A stretch of 64,000 bases of DNA from Raillietiella orientalis (lineage: Eukaryota). Numbering within the stretch: the stretch's first letter is position 1; each line of letters starts with the position of its first letter. The notes beneath the pieces are model-generated. The model was not told the origin of the DNA and ran no database searches. It was given only the letters and a program-made list of their open reading frames with translations. Location of the stretch: assembly GCA_036172245.1 (NCBI GenBank), contig JAYWIR010000011.1:434001-498000 (forward strand), read 5' to 3'. Shown piece after piece: positions 12,901 through 24,631 of the stretch. Position numbers and translations under genes: made by a program.

Positions 12901-15613
12901 CTCCCCCGTCGTGGATGCACCCTCCTCCGTGGACTCTTTTGCCGTCGGTTCCTCTGCTCTGAGTTGCCCCTAGTGATGAGTCGAGCGGCTCTCTCGCGCG
13001 CTCCTTCCCTCCCCCCTTTGTTCCTGCCCGCCGGGCCTCTTTCCGGCGCGGGATGCCTCGCTTCCCCTCCCTCCCTTCCAACATCTCGATTCCGAGTATT
13101 CCTGCTTCTTTCGCGCGCCCACGCTTTTCCCTCGCTGGCCGGCAATCGCTTCTTCCTCCCCCCTCCCCCACGTTAAACCGCGCCAATTGGGAGCCACCAA
13201 TTTGCATCGTCGAGGAGGGAATTCTATTTCCGGGCGTTCCATTCTTTCTAGCGGGCGGCCGCGCGCCCTCCCCTGCGTCCGCTTCACTCCTTTTGCCTTG
13301 CCGCATTTTTCGAATTGCCCGCTGATGGCTCTCAATGACTGCGGACGCGATCCGATCACACGCATCACTGGGCTAATCCTTCTCTTTGTACCTCTTAATG
13401 ACTGCTCGGATTCTGGGGTTAGCTCTCTGGTGAGCACTTCACGAAGCCGTCTCGGACCCACTCCGCTCTTCTTTGTCGGCGGGAAGGGGCCGCGAGACGC
13501 GATCCTGCGCGCGAACACACCAGGAGCGGGCGAGCGCTGCCACCGGCAGGCTGTTTTTTTTTTTTGGCCTTCCCGTGCGCGCTGCCGGCCCTGTTCCCCC
13601 CCCAGGCAGGAGGGGTGGCGGGCCTCGGATCCTCCCGGTCACGCCTCCTCCGTCCTGCCGGCCGGCATCCCGGTCTGCTTCGGCCACCGCGCTACCGGAA
13701 AACCGCCCTTGACTCTTCGCCTCTCTTCGCGGCGGGGAGGGTGCGGAAGCCCAACGGGGCACCGGCCGATGCTTCGTCGCCCGAAGAAGCGAGCAAGTCC
13801 CGCTGCTTGGTGGGAGCATCCGGGCGGGACACCCGGCTGGTGGTGGGGCCGCGATTTCCTTTCAAAGGTTCGAGCCGCAGCCAGGTTGGCGCCGGAAGCC
13901 ATCCCCAAAAAGAGGAGGAGGAAACGACCCACGTGATCCTGAATCGCGTGGTCACTACGAGAGCGGAAGAGCGGCTCCGTTTCTTGTCCGTTTCGAGGCG
14001 TGGCGCATCCAAAGCTGCAGCCCAGCATCGGCAGGCTCCTACGAAAATGGCACCGTCGCGCGGACGGTCGTCTCAGGGACGGGAGTTCGGCAAGATAACG
14101 AGCAGGCAGAACATCCATCATCATTGGAATTCCAGCGCGACTTCGAAACAGTTCATTGATTCGCAATGGCACCGGCGGGGTGCCATTGAGGAGGATTCAT
14201 CGCGGATCGGTCCGTCCGACGGAGCCGCGATGAATCGATGCTGATCACTGCGTGCAGGTGAGCGCGCGTACACGCGGCTCCGCCGGGAAGCGGAAGCGGG
14301 AGGGAGGGAGAGAGAAGGGCAAAAACCAAAAAAAAAAAAAAAAAAAGGCAGCACCTAGCAGGAATCCTTCTTCTTCCACTCGCACTCCCGCGCCCGGGAG
14401 CTCCCCCGTTCGTATCAAAAGGCCATCCGCCTCGCATTCAGCCGGGATTTCTATACGAAGCGCGTGCACGGCGCATCGCGCCGCCATTTGCATAAAATTC
14501 AGGGTGGGAGAGAGCCAGCTGATCGGGGCATGGAAGGGGCGAAGAGGGGGGAATGGACCTGCTGCTGTTCCCAGTCTTCTCCCTCTCGAGAAGCGGGAAA
14601 GGCCTGCATCGCTCCTCGGCATTGCCTGGATGCGGACCCTGGAGAGGGTTGGCTGTCGCATCCCACGGCAGCAAGCCGCCGTGTGTTCGTGTCGTCGTGA
14701 CTCGTGCACTTGCATCCCGCGAGCTGCAGCCCGATCGCGGGGTCGCACACGTGCGTCTTGGCGATGACTCTCGCGGAAGAGTGGGGGAGGAGGGAGCTCG
14801 CTTCCTCTCCCCTTCTGCCTTTTGTTTTTGTTTCCTTTCTCGCCCCCACTGGTGGATGATCCAGCCACCGTCGTTTTCGAAGCGGTGGACTGGAACGGCA
14901 CCCCGCTTTGTTCTCATCTTCCCTCGCGCTGGCATCTCTGCGAGAGAGCGTGCGTTCGAGGCTTGCAGGGTCGCCAGCTACTGCCAACGGCGACCGACGG
15001 GAATATCCCAGAAAAAGAGAGGGTTTTCCCGGTCCAGGAGCTGCGGCAGGATCGCAGGCGGGATGCGCATCGGTTGCTGAAGTCCCTGCGTTTCGCTCCT
15101 GCACGTTTTCCCGAAATCGAAAGCAATCCCCCCCTCTCCCCACCCCCACCCCCTACCTTGCATCCAAGAGTGGGTGTCGACTCGCCGCCTGCCAACAACC
15201 GCGGCCGGATGTTTTCCATTTCATTTTGCTCGTTTGAGAGTTTTCTTTTTTCTTTTTTTGGTCCTCTTCCTTTCTTGCCTGTTTCCCTTGGAGACGGGCG
15301 ATGTTCGACAAACAGGAAGGTTGGTCTAGGCTGAGCTGGACCCAGCGCGCGAGCGCGTCTTCCCTTTCCTTTTTGCTGCGTCGTGCTCGGGGATGGCTCG
15401 TAGGTGCATACCGTGTGCGAACTCGTTGTCCTGCCACTCAGTGTCCAGGACAACGAGGAAACAAAGCAAAAGATGCACAGAACCTTTTCTGTGCCCTCGT
15501 CAAGGATTAGAGGACTCGAAAATGATCCCGAGACTGATGGTGGTGGTGGTGGTGCGTAGCACAGCATTCCCTCTTGAAGAAGCTCCCAGGCGCGGGTCTC
15601 ACACACAGTGAGG

Positions 15614-15660
15614 GGAAGAAGAAGAAGAAGAAGAAGAAGAAGAAAAAAAAAAAAAAAAAA
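15614..15660 (+). repeat. (GAA)n tract followed by poly(A)
   Basis: Read directly from the sequence. Confidence 0.9.
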
Positions 15661-16399
15661 CGGACACCGGGTTGATCCTTGCCAGGCAGTGTCTCTCGGG
15701 AAGTGACGTCATCCTCGTTGTTTTCCTTTTTTTCGTGCATATCAGCGATTGCGTTGTGCGGCTATGGAAACGGACGTACGCTCCCACTCCGAAAACATGC
15801 TCTCCCCCTCTCCTCCCTTCCCCCCATCCTTCTCATTCCCTCCCGCTGTGTCTCGTAGCACTCAAGGAGAGTGGCACGATGACCAAAAGGCAGACTTGGA
15901 AACAGTTCTCCGGCAACTTGATGCAGGAGGGAAGCTCTCGCATCTTCCCCGCCTAATATGGCGATTGTTTCCCTCTGCTTTTCATGTTGATGTGTGTGTG
16001 TGTGTGTGTTTTTCCCCCAACCTCGTATCAGCTTCCCGGACATGCAGGTATTGAAAGGATGGAGAGGGAAGAAAGGGAGGGGCTCCGACCGCTCATATTC
16101 GTTCCCTCCCAGTCAAATCGGGGGTCCCCCGTTTCCTTGACGACGACTTGCTGCAAAGCCCGCTCCACTCCTGGAGCTAGCGACCCGACGCTCCTCCCTC
16201 TTCAGGAATCCCAGAAGACTGCGTAGCACCCGGGGCTCCTCCTCCTTGCCGCGTGGCAATTCCTTCAGGATGCTTCCTTCTGGCGAAGTTCCCAGGAGAA
16301 AGGCGTGCATCCCGGGAACTTCGCCAGAGGGAAGGAAACGGGAAATCGCATGCATGTGATTTCCTTCCTTTGGAATCTCCCAGGTACCTCTTCCTCTAC

Positions 16400-17200
16400 A
16401 GGAAGCGCACGCTCCGGAGATCGTATTCTGCGTCCTTCTCCATATGCTCGCGTGGGCGTTTCCCGTTTTCCTGGCTCAGAATTCCTTTCTGCGTCCTGGT
16501 CTCCTCCGAAGACTAGCAGGGAGTGACAACGCAGTGTCTTAGGAGGGCATGCAGAATCATCTGTTCCCTGCTGGTTTGCGAAAACCACTCTTAGAGGACC
16601 TCTGCGTCGGTAGGGCAACCGTGGAGGTAAGCTCCGGCGAGCGTTTTCCATCAGGAGCCTCCCTCCCCATTCGGGAAGCTCGAATCGCTCTGGAGGCTGC
16701 GAGCGGCAGCCAAGGAAAGTATCTTTAGAAGGTGCGCGCCGCGACAGTTCCTCTGGCACGACAACTAGGAGTACGTGGGAGGGTCGCGACGGGATCCACT
16801 TTTCCTTCCCCGTTGGTAGGGTATTTTTTTCCACAGGCGATACCACCCGAAAAAATACCCCGAGGGAGGTAGCTCCCTCCCTTCCCCTGCCACAGGACCC
16901 ATGCGTCTCCCAAGGGGAAGGACAATCCAGTCTCATGGGCGCTCATCCCGTCAGGAGGTGCCAGGGGCAAGAAACTTCCGGAAGCTTCCCTTGCTGCAGG
17001 TCCCCAGAAGTCCTCTCCTTTGAGGAGGTCTTCCTTCTTTCGGGATACTGCGGTTCCTTGTACGGCGTAATCTCTGTGTGGCACCTTTGCTGTTTCGCCT
17101 CGATTACCAAACGCCCCCAAGTGCGTCCGCAAAGCTCCCACCGTCCCCATGGGAGAGTGCCCCCATCCGTCTCCGGATGCGGGCACTCTCCGTCTTCTTG
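16400..17200 (-). mobile_element. Decayed non-LTR AP-endonuclease relic(s)
   Basis: Minus-strand frames give GRLVIE..PYKEP (~GR..vYAP), LLTG (~GDFN region), VDP..RT, ASRAIR (~SRID), and a second start-like LRVVFANQQG (~WNVxG). Confidence 0.4.
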
Positions 17201-20200
17201 GAAGAACAAGAGGTCGCCAAGAAGGCACGTTCGCGTGCAATCTGCTGACAGGGTTTGCTGATTCCGACCTTGGAATATCCCCCGCTGCCCTGGATGCGAG
17301 GGCGTTATCTGCTGTTACCTGACCTCAGCTATCGCTTGACCGTGCGCGCACCCACTCCCCGGACTGGTAGGACGCTCCGAGGGAGGACACACCCAAGATG
17401 AGCTGGTGGAAGACGAGGGGCGGTGCGCACTGTCCCGCCCACCGCATGCGTGCTCTCCCAGAGCAGCCATGCCAGTCTTTTGACCACTGGAGGGGCATTC
17501 CAGAAGGCCATCAAGGGAGCTGAGAGGAGAAAAGGACTCTCCCTCGGGATTCACCGCCCGACTCCGAACTCGGAGGAGGAGGCTTCATCCGAACAAGTGA
17601 GTCGGCTCCTCGTTCTTTCAGCTGTGGCCTAACAGACCGGAGCTGGACGGAGGTCGCGTGCATCGGATCGCTTGGTGACCGAGGCGCTCAGTGATCACGC
17701 TGGGGTTTTCCTCCCGAGGGAGCCGATGGGAACAGGACTGTCTTCCCCTTGACTTCCATGGCAACAACCAGCAGTCCCTGCGGAAACTCTTTAGCAGGGA
17801 CTGCCGAAACGCGTGGGTCCTTCCCTCAGAACATCCGTCACCCACGTGCAGCATGGTACGCAGAAGGCGCGCGGCGCCTGGGGTGTTTCATGTGAGGAAC
17901 GGTAGAGGGACGGTTGAGGAAAGCCCAGCCTGCCTCTTTCGCCTTCTCCCGTTTTTGCCGATCCAGCGGCGACGGGATACGGGTCGGCGTCCGTCCGTTA
18001 TGAGGAGGGAGGAGCGCTGTTCCCGCGCGGGACGGACACAGAGAAGGCTCGTGCCGGCGGCGGCTGCGATGCCGCAGAAGGGGAGGGGCGAACTTCCCTC
18101 GTTCCCCCCTCCCGCACCCTCCTTCCCTTGCCACGGCACCCACGCAGGGAAGCCGTGGCTCCTCCCTTCGTCCACCTGTTCCTTCCGAGAAAAGAACGGC
18201 AGACGGATCCTCCTGGGCGCGTCTGACTGGAAAAGTGCTTCTCTAGCGGCGGACGTGGGCGCGAGAACCGTGCCTTCGCCTTGACTGGAGAAAAGGAGGA
18301 GAGGAGGTGGGAATCGCCTTGCGGGGAGGAGAAACACACACGGCCCCGAGGTTCACCAGGGAGTACGTTACGTCACCTCTCACGCGGCGGATCCGTTTTC
18401 TTCCTCCACCTCCCTCTTCTTTCCCGGCGAGGAGGGGGAAAAAAACGGAGAAAAAGGACGAACACCTCAGAGAGCGGGCAGGCAGGCGGGCGGGCAGGAG
18501 GGAAGGAAGGGAGCGGTTCTTGCTGGCGTTGCCGATCAATAGCGCGCGAGAGAAGGGGGAGATGAAAGATGGGGAAGGGGAGAAAACGCTCCCTGCCGGG
18601 GGAAGGAGGCGGCAACAATGCTGCCACCTGCCGGTGCCCGTCGACATCATGCCACCGCATCACGGCGTCCGCCTCGTCGTTCCTGTTGTGCTCCCGCGTC
18701 TCTGGCGTCAGTGGGACTTAGGCGCCTCCCGCGGGGAGCGCGTTTCTCCCCGGGTTCCCTTACCGTGGGAAGGAAGGGAACGGTGTCGAGGGAGCGACGA
18801 CCGATCGTCTCTGCCATCGCCGCCATCGGTCGCCTCCTGTGCCGCTGTCGTCGCTGGAGGGTTCCTCTGGAGACAGATCCAACCACCTCCGTTCAGGGTC
18901 GGAAGGAAAGGAAGGAAACTGGGAAACAGTTTTCTTCATACCTTGGGGGCTTCAGCCTCCCGGAATGTATTTTAGGAGTCACTCCAGGAGTCCTGGACGC
19001 CTCTGAAAGGGGAGGGTAGAGGTGATGCATTGCGTGGTTACTCGAGTCACGCTAACGTGATTAGAGAAGCAGATGTTGCCAAGAAATAGGAAAGAGAGTC
19101 GAGGTGAAAGGGAAGAAATGGGGAGTTCTATCGGAAGATCACCCTTCCCTCCGCCTTCCGTCTCTGCCCTGGTCGCTGCTGGCAGTGAGGAGGCTGTCCG
19201 TCAACGGCAGCCGACTGGACAGGTAGGGTAATGCGGACCCCCCCCCCCTACCCCGACTTTGGCGCTTCTCCAGGAGAAGACGAGTCGATCAGGGAGAATC
19301 AAGACGCTCTGGAACGCACCGCAATAGGCCGGGAGGAAAAAGGCGCCACGGGCGGGAAGGAGGGGGAGAAGTCACGAGGAGGAAGCCGGCGCACCGGACT
19401 TTTGGACTCTGAGAGGAAGGGCGTTCTTGGCGCCCGACTGGCTGCTTCCTAGTGGGGGTGGTGCAGGAAGAGGCGGTGGCGTTGGGTCTGAGATGCGACC
19501 GTCCTCTCCAGGGTCTCCCCACCTGTGTCGCCCCTTTCCCTCCCCCTTTTCCTGCATGCCTCTGAGACATCTGGCAGCATCCCTCCATATGTCTTCGCAG
19601 TCCCGCTCGCCCGCCCGCGTTACCACCGCTCCTCGCCAGAGATCGAGGTCAGGGAGACGGTCGGGGGTAGCGCGCTCTGGGAGGCACGGAGGCAGGGGTT
19701 GGAGAGATCGGGGTCAAGGACGACCGCTCCCGGGGCAGGGGGGGAAGAGATGTGCTCGCTCGCCTTCACGGCGAAGTGCATCTGGGGTGTGCCCCCTTTC
19801 CCGCGCGGCTCCTCACCCTTCCGAGTCATCGTTCCGGACGAGGTGGGCCCCTTCGGGGGAAACAGGCCGTTCCCCTTCGTCTTCGGTCAGGAAGGGACGG
19901 CCCCCACCGGAGTTGCCCCTCCGAAGAGGAATCGACCACCTTTCTCCTCCCTCTCCCCCATTCCTCCGCGGCTTTCTTGTATCCTTTGCGCCTCGTTGGG
20001 GAGGCTGAGGGAGCTGGGCCGGAGACTGATGCGGGGAGCAAAGGCGGCTTCGACGCGCGCGCCTGGCCCTCCGATCACCGAGGCACTCCCCACGGCGGCT
20101 TTCTTTGCCGGAATGATGAGAGCCGCCCCGGCGACCGGACAGATAAACAAACGCACGAGCAGCACCTGACCCTGAGGCGGTTGACCTCTATCGCGGGAAA

Positions 20201-22750
20201 ACTCCGCGACCTGCAACGGAGGATGCTCACTGCCAGTGCTACCTCCGTTGCTACTCCACGCCCCACGGGACGCTCGCTTTCCTTCGGGAGGAATGGGACC
20301 GCCGGTGCTTCCTTCTGGTGAGGGTCGTCGGTGAAGGGGGAGAGCGCGAGTAATCCTGGCTCTCCCCTTTCCTATTCTCGGGCTCGTTCCTCGAATGTTC
20401 CCTTTTCCCTCACGGTGATCCCTCACGTGGTGGAACGCCTCCGGCGCGCTCCGGATGCCGGGAAGCTTCCTTGAGAGCGCGTGGCGTGGAGGTTGGGCTG
20501 TTGGCCGCACGCGCCCCACGGCAGGAACGGAAACGGAAGAGGGAAAGAATGGAAGAAGCTTGCGCTCTTTCCGGAGCTCTCCTCCGATCCCGCGCTTCCG
20601 TCCTGATCCGCCGCGCGTAGCACCCTCTCTCGTGGCGTTCAGAGGGACAGACCGACGGCAGCTGCGGCACCACCAGACGCGGGGAAAGGGAAGGAGAAGG
20701 GGTGGAAGAGGAAGCGAGGTCGTCGCACAGCTTCTCTGCCCTCCTCCTCCCTCAGGTGCTCAAAGAGTCTTCCCCAGTCTCTCTGCCCGCTCTCTGCTGC
20801 CAAGAAGCAGTCCATCCGAGCCCGCCACTCTCAGGAGCTCGTACCTCTGGACCGTTCTTTCCATGTCCCCTCTGTGCCGAAAGGGCGTCCTTTTGGCGTT
20901 ACGTGGACGCTCGCTGCTCCTCCGCAGGAGTCCGTGGCGTCCGGGCTTCCGAGCTCGCCGGCAGAGGCGCTGCACTCAGACGATCACGAGGCGCCGCCAA
21001 GACGCCCCATGGCAGTCCGCACCGTGGGGGCTGGAAAAAAAGGTGATTGCGGGGTGCCCTTTGCTCCGAACACGCCCTACCTTCTCTCTCTGCCTGAGGT
21101 TCTTCTCTCCCACCGTCCACTCGCACGCACCGCCACCTTCGCCTTCCTTCCCTCACCCTGCCTCCCTTGGGAAAAGCGTTGTTCCCTGGGATGCCCTCAA
21201 TGCAGAGTTCAAAGCGGTTGTGGGATGCAGCCAGGCCCTCTGCCCGATCCCTCTCCCCTTTGTGAGCAGTAGAAAACTTTGAAAATGAAAAACATGCAAA
21301 GAAAACAGAGCTCGCTCGCCAGCCCGTGAGGGCAGATGCCACGCGCGGCCGATCGCGAAGGTTCCGTGCTGCCATCTCCCGAGGCAGCACCGAACGAACC
21401 GCTAGGGTTGTCCGCACGGACCGCTTTCCACTGGGAAACCTGGAGACAAACAGCGGCCGGATGCTTTCGCTGAGAGGGACTCCTTCCTAGCAGGATAGAG
21501 GGTCATGCTTCCATGGTTGCCAAGGAGACGCGGGGAAGCCATGGGGATCGCATTCGGTCGGTCCTTCTTTTTTCCCTCCCCGCTTGCGCCGGCCCATCTC
21601 CTCTGGTCCCAGAGAAGAACGCGATGAGGAATGCCCTGTGTACATGGAGAGAACCCCGGGTTCCTCCCCCTCCACCCTTCCATCTCCTCTCGGCGGCTCG
21701 GCGATAACTGCTTCCCCCCAGAGTCGCGAGAACGCAGCAGCAGCGGCAGACGGTGTCCTCCTTTTCCGCGAGGCGTCCTCCTTTCTGGGGTTCCCCTTGC
21801 CGAAGACGTGTGGGAAATGAGAGTAGGCGAGAAGAAGTCCTCGCCCGCAACCCCCTCCCTCCCGTGTGTCTCCCTCTGTCCGAGGAGGAGGGGCCGGCGG
21901 GTGGTGCGGAGGGGGCCCGCCTGACGGACGGTCGCGGCTTCCGTTGCAGTGGACTGTGAGTTTCCGCGCTCCCTGATTCCTCCTCTGTACTGACTTGGAA
22001 ATCGTCGGTTCCCTCTCTGCCCCCTTCCTCCTGCGCCCCACCTACTCTCCTCCCCCATCTTCGGGGAGGAGGAAGATCCCGCCACCCCCCTCTCTTCCGT
22101 TCCTCTGGCCCTCCTCTTCCTCCAGGAAGTCCCCCGTTTGTCGGGTCGGTCCCGACCGCTGTCTCTCACCCTCCCCTTCCTCTTCCAGGGCCTCCGCCAC
22201 CTTCCTCAATCCCTGGTGCTCCGCGCACAGATCCCGTGTTTTCCCCGTTCCGCGCCCTATTTCGCCTGAAGACGAGCTACCCTCAGGCTTCTCGAGTATT
22301 CCGTTGCATCCTCTTGGAAATTTTCGGCGAGGAGGAGCGCCCGCCCGCTCTCGCGCATAAGGAAGGAAGGGTGGATTCGTGGGCAGGAAAAGGGAGGCGT
22401 CCCTCTCGCTCCTATGTCTGAACCCCGTTCCGTTCCTGCCGTGAGGGGCGCTGCGCGTCGTGGGTCCAGAGGGCGATGGCGAAGGAGCATTGCTCTCTCG
22501 CCCTTGCTGCTCCTCGGAGCCTCCTTGTCCTCGCCCAGCAGGAAGCGCCCGCCTCGTTCCCCGTGGGATCCCTGGGGTCTTCCTCTCCTCGGTCTTCCTC
22601 CAGACCCCTCTCGCGGGAATGAGCGCCGGTTTCGCCCGTCGAGGGTTCTCGAGGGCGAGGCTGCGTTGTCATGGGAACCGCGAACGTGGCCACCACTGGG
22701 AGGGGAAGGAGGGGAGAAAGAAAGAGCGGAAAGGGAGCGAAAGGGTTGCT

Positions 22751-23256
22751 GTCGTTGACTCCCGGGGGCAGCAGCCTCCCTCACGGAGAGAGGCGAGGCC
22801 TCCCAGTGCCCCTCCTCCGGGGCAGGAGTCTCCAGTCTTCTTCCTGCCCTCGTCCCCGGCCGGACCTCCGAGGGCATGCGGACGGCGCCGCCCACAAACC
22901 TGCAGGAGGTCCAGAGGAAGCCAACACTCGGGAGGATCGAGGGAGAATAAGGGTGGGAGTCCGGAAGGGGGGGGGGAGGGGAGGAAATCCCAGACGCGGT
23001 TCCCGGGTTGTCCTGACGGCGCAGCCGGGGGGGCGGCGTCCCGATCCGCCTCTCCCGGAGGGCATGCAGAGATCCCCCTCCCCTTGCGGGGTGGGGACCG
23101 GATCGGCTCCTGGCCGACGGAACTCCCGGGCCCCCCTCCTTTCTCTCTGGAAGGGCGCAACCCGTCTTCTCCCCCGCGTTGACCCGCCGGGGCCGAGGAC
23201 CGCGCGTCCCCAGGGCGGAGGGAGTCAGGGAATTTCCAGGGTCCTCGTTCCCGGAC
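22751..23256 (+). repeat. Left arm of a 506-bp inverted repeat
   Basis: Reverse complement of 24126..24631. Endpoints and the homopolymer runs I checked match, and identical peptides appear in opposite-strand ORFs (22781..23065 - equals 24317..24601 +). Confidence 0.95.
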
Positions 23257-24125
23257 CCCAGGCGGATGCGCCGTGGAGCGGGGAGGGGAAGTTTACACTC
23301 CCTCCGTTCCGCCCGCGATCCCGTCCTTCTCTATCGGGTGGGTGCGCTCTTTCGTTTGCGCCCTCCCCAGAGCTGCGGGGCCACCGGAAGCGACTGGCGG
23401 CGAGACCGAGACCTCAAGTCCGGAAGAGTCTGAGGACGGGCCGGGGCCCCGCTGCTGGTTCTTCCCTCCTTGTACGCTTCACCCCTTGGGGAGATGCTTT
23501 TCTTTGGCCCCACCCCTTAGGGAGGCTGTGCCTACGCGACTGCTACCTTGCCAGTGAGACAGGCAAAAGAGCTTGCACGGCCTCCTGCCCCCACTCCCTG
23601 TGGGGTGGGCCTTCAGCTCAGTCCGAACCCTGTCCGCGCACCCCTGCACCTCACTCCTCCCCTGGTCCAACGGAGCTACCTCTGAGCGGGAGGAAATGCG
23701 AGGAGCGAGGGGGAGGGGAATGCTCTGCTGAGCGCCTCTCCGCGGATACGCGAAGGTAGCCTGCGCCACCCTCAACCGGTGGAAGAGGCGGCAGTCTGCT
23801 TCTGAGCACTCCCCCCCCCCCCTTCCCCGTCCGCCCGCGTGCGCAGAAGGCGGGGATCCTCAGTGACAGGCCCGAGACCCGGTTCGAATCAGATGCACGC
23901 GACTTGCGAGACCCTTCCGGCCACGACGCTCGGGAAGGGGGAGAGGTGGGCGGCGGAAACTCGCGGTCGCATCGCCGGCAGACACCACCCGCGCCGAGCC
24001 CGAGCTCGCATGCCCATCCTTCCGGCGAGCCTCTGGGCAGCTCTCTGCAGAGTCCAGGGAAGGGACAAGGGCGTCCACCCCGTCCATCGTCTCGTCCTTC
24101 TCGCCTCACCATGCATCCGCCCGGA

Positions 24126-24631
24126 GTCCGGGAACGAGGACCCTGGAAATTCCCTGACTCCCTCCGCCCTGGGGACGCGCGGTCCTCGGCCCCGGCGGGT
24201 CAACGCGGGGGAGAAGACGGGTTGCGCCCTTCCAGAGAGAAAGGAGGGGGGCCCGGGAGTTCCGTCGGCCAGGAGCCGATCCGGTCCCCACCCCGCAAGG
24301 GGAGGGGGATCTCTGCATGCCCTCCGGGAGAGGCGGATCGGGACGCCGCCCCCCCGGCTGCGCCGTCAGGACAACCCGGGAACCGCGTCTGGGATTTCCT
24401 CCCCTCCCCCCCCCCTTCCGGACTCCCACCCTTATTCTCCCTCGATCCTCCCGAGTGTTGGCTTCCTCTGGACCTCCTGCAGGTTTGTGGGCGGCGCCGT
24501 CCGCATGCCCTCGGAGGTCCGGCCGGGGACGAGGGCAGGAAGAAGACTGGAGACTCCTGCCCCGGAGGAGGGGCACTGGGAGGCCTCGCCTCTCTCCGTG
24601 AGGGAGGCTGCTGCCCCCGGGAGTCAACGAC
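24126..24631 (-). repeat. Right arm of a 506-bp inverted repeat (869-bp spacer)
   Basis: Same evidence as the left arm. Confidence 0.95.

Noticed and set aside
15859..15990. Possible + strand coding exon (TQGEWHDDQKADLETVLRQLD)
   Set aside because: An acceptor-like site is present but there is no clear donor, no recognisable family and no linked exons.
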